Assembly: GCA_963789535.1 (NCBI GenBank)
Contig: CAWBKU010000002.1
Location: 9,046-73,045, forward strand
Reading direction: 5' to 3'
Length of the DNA: 64,000 nucleotides
DNA from: an uncultured Alphaproteobacteria bacterium
GTDB lineage: Bacteria > Pseudomonadota > Alphaproteobacteria > Rhodobacterales > Rhodobacteraceae
A program made the position numbers and the translations under genes. Below the pieces are notes generated by a model. It saw only the letters and a program-made list of their open reading frames with translations, had not been told where the DNA came from and did not search any database. Shown in pieces: positions 1 through 9,239 of this stretch (the first letter of the stretch is position 1; every line of letters starts with the position of its first letter).

Positions 1-1115
1 CGATGACCACCTTGTTGCAGTCGCTGGGGTCCGAGGTTTCGGTGATGAGCCAGGGCAAGGTGCTGGTCATGTCGAGCCATGGCGCCGCCGAGACGCGGGC
101 CGATTATGATATCGTGCGCAAGATGCGGGCGTCGAACCTGGTGCTCGGCCCGCTACTGGCGCGGCATCACCATGCCGAGGTCTCGTTGCCCGGCGGCTGC
201 GCGATCGGTGCGCGGCCGATGGACATCCACATCGACGCGCTGACCTGCATGGGCGCCGAGATCGAGCTGCGCGACGGCTATCTGCATGCGACGACGCAAG
301 GCGGCCTCAGGGGTGCGGTGGTGCCGCTGCGGTTCGCCAGCGTCGGGGCGACCGAGAACGTCCTCATGGCCGCGACGCTGGCCAAGGGGACGACGGTGAT
401 CGAGAACGCGGCGCGCGAGCCCGAGATCGTCGACCTCGCGACCTGCCTGCGCCGGATGGGCGCGCAGATCGAGGGCGAGGGCACCAGCCGGATCGAGGTG
501 CAGGGCGTCGACCGTCTGGGCGGAGCCACCCATCCGGTCGTGACCGACCGGATCGAACTTGGCACCTATATGCTGGCGCCGGTCTTTACCGGCGGCGAGG
601 TCGAGTGCCTTGGCGGGCGGATCGACCTGCTGGCGGCGTTTTGCGAACGGCTCGATGCGGCGGGGATCTCGGTGAGCGAGACCGACAAGGGCCTCAAGGT
701 CACGCTGAAGGGCGACCGGCCGCGGGCCGTCGACGTGGTGACGGAACCGTTCCCCGGCTTTCCCACCGATTTGCAGGCGCAGATGATGGCGATGCTGTGC
801 CTCGCAGAGGGCACGAGCGTCCTCGAGGAGCGCATCTTCGAGAACCGGTTCATGCATGCGCCCGAACTGATGCGGATGGGCGCGCGGATCGAGGTGTCGG
901 GCGGCCACGCGACGGTTACGGGCGTCGAGCGGCTCAAGGGGGCGCCGGTGATGGCGACGGATCTGCGCGCGAGCGTGTCGCTGATCCTCGCGGGCCTTGC
1001 CGCCGAGGGGCAGACGCAGGTGAACCGGGTCTATCATCTCGACCGGGGATACGAGCATGTCGAGGACAAGCTGAGTGCCGTGGGCGCCCGCATCGAACGG
1101 GTGCCGGGCCGGTGA
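1..1115 (+). CDS. murA: UDP-N-acetylglucosamine 1-carboxyvinyltransferase (MurA), 5' end cut by the window edge
   Basis: ORF 3..1115. Active-site loop [13 protein letters not shown] and overall MurA-like sequence. About 50 N-terminal residues are missing. Confidence 0.95.
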   Translation, partial: MTTLLQSLGSEVSVMSQGKVLVMSSHGAAETRADYDIVRKMRASNLVLGPLLARHHHAEVSLPGGCAIGARPMDIHIDALTCMGAEIELRDGYLHATTQGGLRGAVVPLRFASVGATENVLMAATLAKGTTVIENAAREPEIVDLATCLRRMGAQIEGEGTSRIEVQGVDRLGGATHPVVTDRIELGTYMLAPVFTGGEVECLGGRIDLLAAFCERLDAAGISVSETDKGLKVTLKGDRPRAVDVVTEPFPGFPTDLQAQMMAMLCLAEGTSVLEERIFENRFMHAPELMRMGARIEVSGGHATVTGVERLKGAPVMATDLRASVSLILAGLAAEGQTQVNRVYHLDRGYEHVEDKLSAVGARIERVPGR

Positions 1116-1583
1116 GCGATGATGTGAGGGATGCACGGTTCGAGGACGGGGCAGAGCGCCCTCTGCGCCTGCGCGCCTTCGATGCCGAGGATCTGGCGGT
1201 CCTGTCGGCGGCGGCGCAGGACGGGGTATTTCCGGCGACCGAAATGCGCTGGTCGCGCCGCGAGCGTCGGTTCGCGGTCCTGCTCAACCGGTTCCGGTGG
1301 GAGGACGATGGCGCCCGGCCCGAGAGGGTGCAGTCGGTCCTTGCGATCGAAGAGGTGCTGTCGGTGCAGAGCCAGGGCGTTCAGCCCGGCGACGAGGTGG
1401 TGCTCTCGGTGCTGAACGTCGCGTTCGAGCAGGACGGCGACGGCCCGGAAGGCAGGGTGATCCTGACGCTGGCGGGCGACGGCGCCATTGCGGTGAGCGG
1501 TCGAGGCCCTCGAGGTGGTGCTGCGCGACGTGACACGCCCCTATGCCGCGCCCTCGGGCACCGCGCCGTCGCATCCCGCCTGA
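1112..1583 (+). CDS. DUF2948 family protein, frameshifted as given (extra base near 1496)
   Basis: GTG 1112 overlaps the murA stop (GTGA). The N-terminal 128 codons ([23 protein letters not shown]..) run in the frame of ORF 605..2917. The expected family C-terminus [28 protein letters not shown]-stop is in the next frame (1497..1583). Confidence 0.75.
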
Positions 1584-1603
1584 GACCGCAAGAGGAGAGC
1601 GCG

Positions 1604-2917
1604 ATGGCGCAGCGACTGAGCACCGCGGCGCCCGATTTCGAGGCGCGGTTCGCGGCCCTTCTGGGGGCCAAGCGCGAGGAGAGCGTCGATGTCGACGACG
1701 CGGCGGCGGCGATCATCGCGGAGGTCAGGGCAAGGGGCGACGCCGCCCTCTGCGCCTTGACCGGGCGGTTCGACCGGATGGTGGTGACGCCCGGGGGTCT
1801 GCGGTTCACGGCGGAGGAAATCGCCGGGTATGCGGCGCAGGTGGACGCGGCGGACCGCGCGGCCCTCGAGCTGGCCGCCGCACGGATCGGGGCCTATCAC
1901 GCGCGCCAGATGCCGCAGGACGAACGCTGGACCGACGAGGTGGGCGCGGAACTCGGCTGGCGCTGGACGCCGGTGGCGGCGGCGGGGATCTATGTGCCGG
2001 GCGGCACGGCCTCCTATCCGTCCTCGGTCCTGATGAACGCGATCCCGGCGCGGGTGGCGGGGGTGGCGCGCATCGCCATGGTCGTGCCGACGCCGGACGG
2101 GGTGGTGAACCCGCTGGTCATGCTGGCGGCACAGATCGCGGGTGTCACCGAAATCTATCGCATCGGCGGGGCGCAGGCGATTGCGGCGCTTGCCTATGGG
2201 ACCGAGAGCATCGCGCCTGTGGACAAGATCACCGGGCCGGGCAACGCCTGGGTCGCGGCGGCCAAGCGGCGGGTGTTCGGGCGCGTCGGCATCGACATGA
2301 TCGCGGGGCCGTCCGAAATCCTCGTCATCGCGGATGCGGACAATGAGCCCGACTGGATCGCGCTCGATCTTCTCAGCCAGGCCGAGCACGATGTCTCGGC
2401 GCAGTCGATCCTGATCACCGACGACGCCGGGCTGGCCGACAGGGTGGAGGCGGCGGTGGCGCGCCTCCTCGAGACGCTGCCGCGCCGCGCCATCGCGGCG
2501 GCGAGCTGGCGCGACAACGGCGTGGTGATCGTGGTGCGCGATCTGGACGAGGCCGCGCGCCTGTCGGACCGGTTCGCGCCCGAACATCTGGAGCTCTGCG
2601 TCGCCGACCCCGACGCGCTGGCCCTGAAAATCCGCCACGCCGGCGCAATCTTTCTCGGCGCCTGGACGCCAGAGGCGATCGGCGATTACGTCGGCGGCCC
2701 GAACCACGTGCTGCCCACCGCCCGTTCGGCGCGGTTCTCCTCGGGGCTGTCGGTGCTCGATTTCCTCAAGCGGACGACGCTGGCGCGGATGACGCCCGCC
2801 GCGCTCGCCGCCATCGGCCCCGCCGCCGAACGGCTGGCGGCGTCGGAGGGGCTGGATGCGCATGGGCAGAGCGTGACCGCGCGGCTCGTGCGCCTGAACG
2901 AAACGCCCCGGGGGTGA
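1604..2917 (+). CDS. hisD: histidinol dehydrogenase
   Basis: ATG 1604 is preceded by AGAGGAGAG. 437 aa with HisD motifs (GPGNAWVAAAKR, SQAEHD, PEHLEL). Confidence 0.95.
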   Translation: MAQRLSTAAPDFEARFAALLGAKREESVDVDDAAAAIIAEVRARGDAALCALTGRFDRMVVTPGGLRFTAEEIAGYAAQVDAADRAALELAAARIGAYHARQMPQDERWTDEVGAELGWRWTPVAAAGIYVPGGTASYPSSVLMNAIPARVAGVARIAMVVPTPDGVVNPLVMLAAQIAGVTEIYRIGGAQAIAALAYGTESIAPVDKITGPGNAWVAAAKRRVFGRVGIDMIAGPSEILVIADADNEPDWIALDLLSQAEHDVSAQSILITDDAGLADRVEAAVARLLETLPRRAIAAASWRDNGVVIVVRDLDEAARLSDRFAPEHLELCVADPDALALKIRHAGAIFLGAWTPEAIGDYVGGPNHVLPTARSARFSSGLSVLDFLKRTTLARMTPAALAAIGPAAERLAASEGLDAHGQSVTARLVRLNETPRG

Positions 2918-2979
2918 GCCGCATATTGTGACCGGACGGCACCTGTCGTAGTCACGACCGCGCAAGACAGGGGGCCGCG

Positions 2980-3447
2980 ATGAGCCGGATCAGCCATATC
3001 GACCTCGACGACAGCGGCCTGCCGCCGCCGACGCCCGAGATCGAGCAGGAGCGCCGGGTCGCGATCTTCGATCTGCTGGAGCAGAACCACTTTGCCCTGC
3101 CCACGCGAGAGGCCGAGGGGCCGTATCGCCTTGCGCTCGCGATCCGCGAGCGGCGGCTGGTCTTCGCGCTCACCTCCGAAGCGGGCGAGCCCGCCGCCGA
3201 GTTTCACCTCTCGCTCGGGCCGTTCCGGCAGGTGGTGAAGGACTATTTCCAGATCTGCGAGAGCTATTTCGCCGCCGTCAAGACGATGCCGCCGAGCCAG
3301 ATCGAGACCATCGACATGGCCCGACGCGGCATCCACGACGAAGGTGCGCGGGTGTTGCAGGAACGGCTGGCGGGCAAGGCCGAGGTCGACACCGATACCG
3401 CGCGGCGCCTGTTCACCCTCATTTGCGTCCTGCATTTCGGGGGCTGA
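2980..3447 (+). CDS. UPF0262 family protein
   Basis: 155-aa ORF. The pattern IDLD...PEIEQERRVAIFDLLE.N.F is typical of alphaproteobacterial UPF0262, which usually follows hisD. Confidence 0.8.
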   Translation: MSRISHIDLDDSGLPPPTPEIEQERRVAIFDLLEQNHFALPTREAEGPYRLALAIRERRLVFALTSEAGEPAAEFHLSLGPFRQVVKDYFQICESYFAAVKTMPPSQIETIDMARRGIHDEGARVLQERLAGKAEVDTDTARRLFTLICVLHFGG

Positions 3448-3451
3448 GCGG

Positions 3452-3925
3452 TTGGAGGCGCCCCCCCCCATCGCGGCGCTTCCGCAATCGGTGCTTTTCT
3501 GCTGCGATCACAATGCGGTGCGCTCGCCCATGGCCGAGGGCATCATGAAGAAATTCTATGGCACGCGCTGCTATATCCAGTCGGCGGGGGTGCACAACGA
3601 TCTGGCGATCGACGGTTTCGCCATCGCGGTCTGCGCCGAACTCGGGGTCGAACTGGCGCGGCACCGGTCGCGCAGCTTCGAGGAGATGCAGGAATGGGGC
3701 GACGACCTGACCGGGTTCGACCTCATCGTGGCGCTGTCGCCCGCCTCGCAGCGGCTGGCACAGGAATTCACGCGGCTCTATCACATCGACGTTGAATACT
3801 GGCCGATCCTCGATCCGACCGGCATCGGAGAGGCGCGCGAGGCGAAACTCACCGCCTATCGCCAGACCCGCGACATGATCGCGGGGCGCCTGCTCGCGCG
3901 GTTCGGACCCGCGCTCGACACCTAA
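3452..3925 (+). CDS. low-molecular-weight protein-tyrosine phosphatase / arsenate-reductase-like protein (start uncertain: TTG 3452 or GTG 3491)
   Basis: C-X5-R P-loop FCCDHNAVRSPMAE near the N-terminus. The ORF frame is 3344..3925, but its upstream part overlaps the preceding gene. Confidence 0.8.
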   Translation: MEAPPPIAALPQSVLFCCDHNAVRSPMAEGIMKKFYGTRCYIQSAGVHNDLAIDGFAIAVCAELGVELARHRSRSFEEMQEWGDDLTGFDLIVALSPASQRLAQEFTRLYHIDVEYWPILDPTGIGEAREAKLTAYRQTRDMIAGRLLARFGPALDT

Positions 3926-3968
3926 GGGGGAACGGCCGGAGGGTGCGGGCGTCCCGGCGCTTTGTCTC

Positions 3969-3997
3969 TTGAAATATGCCTGCAACGGGCGCATCTA
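3969..3997 (+). promoter_or_regulatory. candidate sigma-70-type promoter of infA
   Basis: TTGAAA (3969-3974), a 17-nt spacer, then CATCTA (3992-3997), about 45 nt upstream of the infA ATG. Confidence 0.3.
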
Positions 3998-4043
3998 GGC
4001 GCCGGTTGCCGCAGCCTGCGGCGATTTCTGTACAGGAGACCTC

Positions 4044-4262
4044 ATGGCCAAGGAAGAACTGCTCGAATTCCCCGGCGTCGTTAAGGAACTCTTGCCGAAT
4101 GCGACGTTCAGGGTCGAGCTGGAAAACGGCCACGAGATCATCGCACACACGGCAGGAAAATTGCGCAAGAACCGGATCCGCGTCCTCGCGGGTGACAAGG
4201 TGCAGGTCGAAATGACGCCCTATGACCTGACCAAGGGCCGCATCAACTATCGCTTCCGGTGA
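4044..4262 (+). CDS. infA: translation initiation factor IF-1
   Basis: 72 aa, [49 protein letters not shown]. Confidence 0.97.
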   Translation: MAKEELLEFPGVVKELLPNATFRVELENGHEIIAHTAGKLRKNRIRVLAGDKVQVEMTPYDLTKGRINYRFR

Positions 4263-4281
4263 TACGGCGGCCGGGCCGACC

Positions 4282-4884
4282 GTGACGCTGACCCCCGACC
4301 TCCGGCTGCGCCTCGTGCTCGGGTCCGCATCGCAGCGCCGTCTCGACCTGCTGGCGCAGATCGGGATCGTGCCGGACGCGGTGCGCCCGCCCGACATCGA
4401 CGAAACGCCGGGGCGCGCCGAACTGCCGCGCGACTACGTCAAGCGGATCGCGGGCGCGAAGGCGGCGGCGGTGGCGCTGGCCGAGGACGAAGTCGCGCTC
4501 TGCGCCGATACGACCGTGGCGCTGGGGCGGCGGATCATGGGTAAACCGGCCGATGCGGCCGAGGCGCGCGCGTTTCTGACGCTGCTGTCAGGGCGCAGGC
4601 ACCGCGTCATCACTGCCGTGGCGGTGAAGCGCGGCGAACGGGTGTGGTTGAAGGACCAGATGACCGTAGTCGAGATGAAGCGCCTGAGTGGCGCCGAGAT
4701 CGACGCCTACCTCGCGACCGGCGACTGGCAGGGCAAGGCGGGCGGCTATGGCATCCAGGGGACCGCCGGGGCGTTCATCCCCTCGATCAACGGGTCGTTT
4801 ACCGGGGTCGTGGGACTGCCGCTGAGTGTTGCCGTCGGACTGCTGACGGCGGCGGGCTATCCGGTCTACGGGCGCCCGGCATGA
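4282..4884 (+). CDS. maf: Maf-like nucleoside triphosphate pyrophosphatase
   Basis: 200 aa with a GTG start. Contains [10 protein letters not shown] and the C-terminal GAYGIQG-like GGYGIQG motif. Confidence 0.9.
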   Translation: MTLTPDLRLRLVLGSASQRRLDLLAQIGIVPDAVRPPDIDETPGRAELPRDYVKRIAGAKAAAVALAEDEVALCADTTVALGRRIMGKPADAAEARAFLTLLSGRRHRVITAVAVKRGERVWLKDQMTVVEMKRLSGAEIDAYLATGDWQGKAGGYGIQGTAGAFIPSINGSFTGVVGLPLSVAVGLLTAAGYPVYGRPA

Positions 4885-4948
4885 AGGGCCGCGCCGGAGG
4901 AGCGCAATGAAGGGTCTCACCGGAGGAGCGCAATGAAGGGCCGCACCA
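4881..4948 (+). repeat. 26-bp tandem repeat, 2.6 copies, duplicating the RBS + start codon region of the downstream gene
   Basis: Unit 1 is 4881-4906 atgaagggccgcgccggaggagcgca. Unit 2 is 4907-4932 atgaagggtctcaccggaggagcgca. A partial unit 3 starts at 4933 (atgaagggccgcacc). Confidence 0.9.
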
Positions 4949-5952
4949 TATTTCTCGACCACCTCGGCCCGCGCGAGGCGGCGGCGCTGGTGGTCGACGG
5001 GCGGCTCGACGATCTGCTGATCGACGACGACGCGCCGCGCATCGGCACGATCTATCGCGGGATCTGCGACCGGGCGCTGAAGGGGCAGGGCGGCATGATG
5101 CTGCGTGTGCCCGGCGGATCGGCCTGGTTGCGGACCGCCAAGGGCCTGAAGGCGGGCGAGGCGGTGCTGGTGCAGGTCACGGGCACGGCCGAGGCGGGCA
5201 AGGCGGTCCCCGTGACCGACCGCCTCTTGTTCAAGAGCCGCTATGCAATCGTCACCCCCGCCGCCCCCGGCATCAACGTCAGCCGCCGGATCACCGACGA
5301 GGACGAGCGGATGCGCCTGATGGGCATCGCCGACGTGGCCCTCGAGGCAGAGGTAGGCCTCATCCTGCGCTCTCAGGCTCAGGGAGCCGCGGCCGACGAG
5401 ATCGCCGAGGATATCGTCGCCATGGCGGATCTGGCCGCCGCGGTCCTGGCCGAGACCGGCACCGGCCCCGAGACCCTGACCGAAGGCTACGGCCCCCACG
5501 CGCTCGCCTGGCGCGAATGGGACGCGGACGATGTCCTGACGGCGGAGGGTTGTTTTGCGGAGAACGGCGTGCTCGACCTGATCGACGCGCTCGCATCCCC
5601 ACTCGTGCCGCTCGACGAGGGCGCGATGTATGTCGAGCCGACCCGTGCGCTGGTTGCCGTGGACGTGAACACCGGCGGCGATACCTCGCCCGCCGCTGCC
5701 CTCAAGGTGAACCTCGCCGCCGCCCGCGCCCTGCCGCGTGCGCTGCGGCTGCGCGGCCTCGGCGGTCAGGTGACGGTCGATTTCGCGCCGATGCCAAAAG
5801 GGCAGCGCAAGCAGCTCGAGCAATCCCTGCGCAATTCGTTCCGCAACGATCCCATCGAGACGAGCCTCGTCGGCTGGACGCCGATGGGCCTTTATGAATT
5901 GCAGCGCAAACGCGAGCGCGCGCCGACGGCGCCGCTCCTCGGGGGGCGCTGA
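4933..5952 (+). CDS. ribonuclease E/G family protein (short alphaproteobacterial form)
   Basis: 339 aa, with VDVNTGG and LRGLGGQVTVDF.. in the catalytic core. Sits in the conserved maf-rne/rng-like-yacG order. Confidence 0.8.
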   Translation: MKGRTIFLDHLGPREAAALVVDGRLDDLLIDDDAPRIGTIYRGICDRALKGQGGMMLRVPGGSAWLRTAKGLKAGEAVLVQVTGTAEAGKAVPVTDRLLFKSRYAIVTPAAPGINVSRRITDEDERMRLMGIADVALEAEVGLILRSQAQGAAADEIAEDIVAMADLAAAVLAETGTGPETLTEGYGPHALAWREWDADDVLTAEGCFAENGVLDLIDALASPLVPLDEGAMYVEPTRALVAVDVNTGGDTSPAAALKVNLAAARALPRALRLRGLGGQVTVDFAPMPKGQRKQLEQSLRNSFRNDPIETSLVGWTPMGLYELQRKRERAPTAPLLGGR

Positions 5953-6137
5953 TGGCCTGTCCGATCTGCGCGCGCGAGACGGAGGCGAAATTCCGCCCGT
6001 TCTGCTCGAAACGCTGCGCCGACGTGGATCTCGCGAAATGGCTGACCGGCGCCTATGCGATCCCGGTCGAGGCGGTCGACGAGGACGACGACACGGCCTT
6101 TCCGGAAGACCCCGAGGGTGACGGGCGCCCGAACTAG
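5952..6137 (+). CDS. yacG: DNA gyrase inhibitor YacG (zinc finger)
   Basis: 61 aa, CPIC..(12)..FCSKRC..DL..W. Its ATG overlaps the upstream stop (TGATG). Confidence 0.9.
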   Translation: MACPICARETEAKFRPFCSKRCADVDLAKWLTGAYAIPVEAVDEDDDTAFPEDPEGDGRPN

Positions 6138-6721
6138 CCCTGCGTGGCGGCGAAGGTCGCCCAGAGTTCCTGTTGCCACAGGAGGATCGCGTCCTGCGGC
6201 CAGGTCAGCATGATGACGTTGAGCGCAAGGCCATCGCGGATCAACCAGATCGTCAGCGCCTCGAAGAAGATCACCATCGCGACAGAGGCCCAGACCGGCA
6301 ACCGCGAGGCGAGCCAGAACCCCAGCATCATCATCGCGATGTCGCTCACCGAATTGATGACCGAGTTGCCGAAGTAATCCAGCGCCACGGTCGTCTCGCG
6401 GTAGCGGTTGATGATCGCGTCCGAATTTTCGGTGATTTCCCAGGCGCTCTCGACCACCGTCGCGATGGCGAGGCGCCAACCGAACGGCAACCGCCATGCA
6501 ACGAGCCAAAGGGCCCCGTAGAAGATCGGCCCGTGCAGCAGATGGCTCGGCGAATACCAGTCCAGCAGGTGCTGCGAGTTCTGCGCACTGATGATGTCGC
6601 CGTGCCAGAGCTTGACATAGCCACAGGTGCAGATCGGCGCGCGACCGATCGACAGCAGGTAGAACGCGGCGACCGCAACGATGGCGGCAGTGACGAGATA
6701 GGGGAGGCGGGACTGGGTCAT
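6134..6721 (-). CDS. DUF2585 / UPF0314 family membrane protein
   Basis: Multi-TM ORF containing HLLDWYS.SH..HG and E..EN. motifs. Start taken at MTQSRL (6721); an alternative start is at 6736. Confidence 0.8.
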   Translation of the reverse strand: MTQSRLPYLVTAAIVAVAAFYLLSIGRAPICTCGYVKLWHGDIISAQNSQHLLDWYSPSHLLHGPIFYGALWLVAWRLPFGWRLAIATVVESAWEITENSDAIINRYRETTVALDYFGNSVINSVSDIAMMMLGFWLASRLPVWASVAMVIFFEALTIWLIRDGLALNVIMLTWPQDAILLWQQELWATFAATQG

Positions 6722-6764
6722 GCGCGCATTGAACATCGTTCAAGGCGTTTGTCCAGCAACATCT

Positions 6765-7796
6765 TCACGCGCCGGCAAACCCTTCGAGGACGTTGACCGT
6801 GTTGATGCCGACCTGTTCGATGGCATATCCGCCCTCCATCACGAACAGCGTCGGCAGGCCGAGGCTGGCGATGCGGCGGCCGGCGTCCGTGAAATCGGGG
6901 CTGTCGAGGGAGAAGAAGCTGATCGGGTCGTCCTTGTAGGCGTCGACGCCGAGAGAAACGACGAGGGCGTCGGGTGCAAAGCTGCGGGTGCGCGCGATGG
7001 CATGGTCGAGGGCCTCGGCCCATGTGCCGTAGCCGGTTCCGGGCGGCATCGGCAGGTTCAGGGTGAACCCCTCGCCGGCGCCGCGCCCGGTCTCGTCGGC
7101 ATAGCCCGTGAACCAAGGATATGCTTCCTCGGGCGCGCCGTGCAGCGAGGCGAAGAACACGTCGGCCCGGTCGTAGAAGATGTCCTGCGTGCCGTTGCCG
7201 TGGTGAAAGTCGATGTCGAGCACCGCGACGCGCGCGGCGCCGCCGTCGCGGAACATCTGCGCCGTGACGGCGGCGTTGTTGAGAAAGCAATATCCGCCGA
7301 ACTGGTCCACGGTCGCGTGATGCCCGGGCGGACGGCAGAGCGCGAAGGCGGCGGGCGCACCCCCCGCGATGGCCCGCTGCGCCGCCTGTGCGCTGGCCAG
7401 CGAGGCGCAGGCCGCGGCCCAGGTACCGCCCGTCATCGCCGTCTCGCAGGCGTGGCTGTGCCAGCCGACGAGGCCCTCGATATGGCTCGGCCGCCGCGCT
7501 CCCTCCATCCGGCGCGCGGGCACGTTGGTGGCGATGATCTCGCCCGCGTTGCCCGCCGCCTTCCAGCGGTCCCAGGCGGTCGCGAGAAAATCGAGATAGC
7601 CCGGATCGAGCAGCGCGCGGGCCGGCGCGAGGTCGGCAGGCCCGGGATCGACGGGGGCGGCAAAGCCGCGGTCGAGCAACCGCTGGCGGACGTATTCGAC
7701 GCGGGCAGGACGCTCGAACGGGGTGACGAACTGACCGCCGGAAATCTCGCCCTGGGGGTAGTGGCGGCGGTGGTCCTCGCTGAAATAGGTCTGCAT
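6765..7796 (-). CDS. histone deacetylase family protein (acetylpolyamine amidohydrolase-like)
   Basis: Contains PPGHHA, GGYCFLNNAAV, LDIDFHHGNGTQ and MEGGY. Start taken at MQTYFSEDH. Confidence 0.9.
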   Translation of the reverse strand: MQTYFSEDHRRHYPQGEISGGQFVTPFERPARVEYVRQRLLDRGFAAPVDPGPADLAPARALLDPGYLDFLATAWDRWKAAGNAGEIIATNVPARRMEGARRPSHIEGLVGWHSHACETAMTGGTWAAACASLASAQAAQRAIAGGAPAAFALCRPPGHHATVDQFGGYCFLNNAAVTAQMFRDGGAARVAVLDIDFHHGNGTQDIFYDRADVFFASLHGAPEEAYPWFTGYADETGRGAGEGFTLNLPMPPGTGYGTWAEALDHAIARTRSFAPDALVVSLGVDAYKDDPISFFSLDSPDFTDAGRRIASLGLPTLFVMEGGYAIEQVGINTVNVLEGFAGA

Positions 7797-8000
7797 CGGC
7801 GGCGATCCCCGGGGACGGTCATGTCGCCGAAGGCTGCCCCGTCTCGCGACACCGCACAAGACCCCGAAAACCGAACCCCGGCGACGGGATCGACCGCGAC
7901 GGCGGCACCCCGACGAAAGCCTATGGACACCCGAAACCGCCTCGCCTAGACAGCAGCCACCCGACGACGGCCCTGATGATTTCAGGCCCGCGTCACCGGT

Positions 8001-8075
8001 GCCCGGGTAGCTCAGGGGTAGAGCAGTGGATTGAAAATCCTCGTGTCGGTGGTTCGATTCCGCCCCTGGGCACCA
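8001..8075 (+). tRNA. tRNA-Phe (GAA)
   Basis: Acceptor GCCCGGG/CCTGGGC, D-arm GCTC-AGGGGTA-GAGC, anticodon loop TTGAAAA, T-arm GGTGG-TTCGATT-CCGCC, encoded CCA. There is one U-U mismatch in the anticodon stem. Confidence 0.92.
8057..8072 (+). repeat. attL core (direct repeat)
   Basis: Identical 16-mer to 14871-14886. The match extends to 18 of 19 nt if the following [c/a]ca is included. Confidence 0.85.
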
Positions 8076-8078
8076 CTC

Positions 8079-9239
8079 CTATTTTTTATCGTTGCGTTTC
8101 AACGCGGTAGGGGTCGAAATTGTCCCACCGTCTGCCACGTCACCCGAAAGTGGGACACTTTTGTCCACGATTTGTCCCGCAGACATGCGCGCCAGAGCGG
8201 ACTCCGCGCCGGTTCTCTGACGTGCCGCACGGGTGTATCGCGTGACCTCTTTCGAGGTCCGGTGGCCCGTAATCGACATGATCTCATGTTCGGTGCAGCC
8301 CAGTTCGGCGAGCCGCGCCGCCGCTGCCTTGCGCAGACCGTGAACGGTGCATCCGGGCAGCTTCGCGTCGTCGCACCACTTGCGGAACCTGTTGCCGAAA
8401 CCGTTCGACGTGAAGGGGCGACCGAACTCGGTTTTCAGGAAGGCGAGGTCGCCCGTCGGTGTCGCGTCGATGATCCGTTGCATTTCGGGGATGACCGGAA
8501 TTTCGAGCCGGACGGGCTTGGTGTTGCGGCCCTTGGTCTGTGTGAAAGCCAGCCATCCGTCGCGCACATGCTGGCGACCGAACTGAACCAGATCGGCGCG
8601 GCGTTGCCCCGTATAGAGGGCGAGGGCGAGGGCCAGTCGCGCGGTAGTGCCGACAGGATGCGCGTTCTCGAATTGGTCAATCTCGGCAAGGGACCAGCTA
8701 TGGAAGCCCTCGGGATTGCCCTTCAGATACTCGACGCTGACAGCCGGGTTCACGTCATGCAGGTCATAGCGCAGGGCGAACTTGAATAGCTGGCGCAGCG
8801 CCTTGACCATACCGTTCGCCGCCTCGGGCCGGTCCATCATGTCGTCGCGCCGCGCACGGATATGCCGGGGCAGGAGCATGGCAAACGGTTTGTCGCCGTC
8901 GCCCTTGTTCTGGCAGACCCGCTCTAGGATTGCCCTGCGCACGGTCTGGGTGCGGGGGTCCATCTCCCTGAACATGGCCGACTTGTAGTATTCGACGCAA
9001 AGCCATTTCAGGCTGTGGGGCACCACACGCCCTGCCTTTGCGACAGACGCCTTGCGCGGGGTCTTGGGGTTCGCGGCGGCGCGGTAGTCGGTCAGGAACT
9101 CGGGCGAACCAGTCGGCCCCCTCAGTCGGACCTTGCGACCGTCGTGCCGGTAGTAGAGCCGCACGTTGCCGTGCCGGTCCACGTCCTCCACCACATACTT
9201 CAGGCGCATCTGCATGGCGTCCCCCACACGATCAGTCAT
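8079..9239 (-). CDS. int: tyrosine-type site-specific integrase
   Basis: Catalytic signature TGQRRADL ... HGLRKAAA ... GHRTSKEVTRYT. The stop lies 3 nt from the tRNA CCA. ATG 9239 overlaps the xis stop by 8 nt. Confidence 0.93.
   Translation of the reverse strand: MTDRVGDAMQMRLKYVVEDVDRHGNVRLYYRHDGRKVRLRGPTGSPEFLTDYRAAANPKTPRKASVAKAGRVVPHSLKWLCVEYYKSAMFREMDPRTQTVRRAILERVCQNKGDGDKPFAMLLPRHIRARRDDMMDRPEAANGMVKALRQLFKFALRYDLHDVNPAVSVEYLKGNPEGFHSWSLAEIDQFENAHPVGTTARLALALALYTGQRRADLVQFGRQHVRDGWLAFTQTKGRNTKPVRLEIPVIPEMQRIIDATPTGDLAFLKTEFGRPFTSNGFGNRFRKWCDDAKLPGCTVHGLRKAAAARLAELGCTEHEIMSITGHRTSKEVTRYTRAARQRTGAESALARMSAGQIVDKSVPLSGDVADGGTISTPTALKRNDKK
8117..8180. repeat. cluster of TTGTCCCAC / GTGGGACA motifs (candidate integrase/Xis arm-type sites), attL side
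   Basis: TTGTCCCAC at 8120-8128 and GTGGGACA at 8150-8157, plus degenerate copies ttgtccac (8161-8168) and ttgtcccgc (8172-8180). The same motifs recur at 14779-14786 and 14827-14835. Confidence 0.6.

Noticed and set aside
605-2917. 770-aa ORF spanning the murA 3' region, the DUF2948 gene and hisD
   Set aside because: Its first about 170 codons overlap murA out of frame and are Arg/Gly/Ala-rich high-GC noise. The real content is the DUF2948 gene (from GTG 1112) and hisD (ATG 1604, own RBS), joined only by the frameshift at 1496.
6134-6137. Convergent yacG and DUF2585 genes share overlapping stop codons within the palindrome CTAG
   Set aside because: Real but trivial. A 4-nt tail-to-tail overlap is common in compact genomes and has no evident regulatory meaning.
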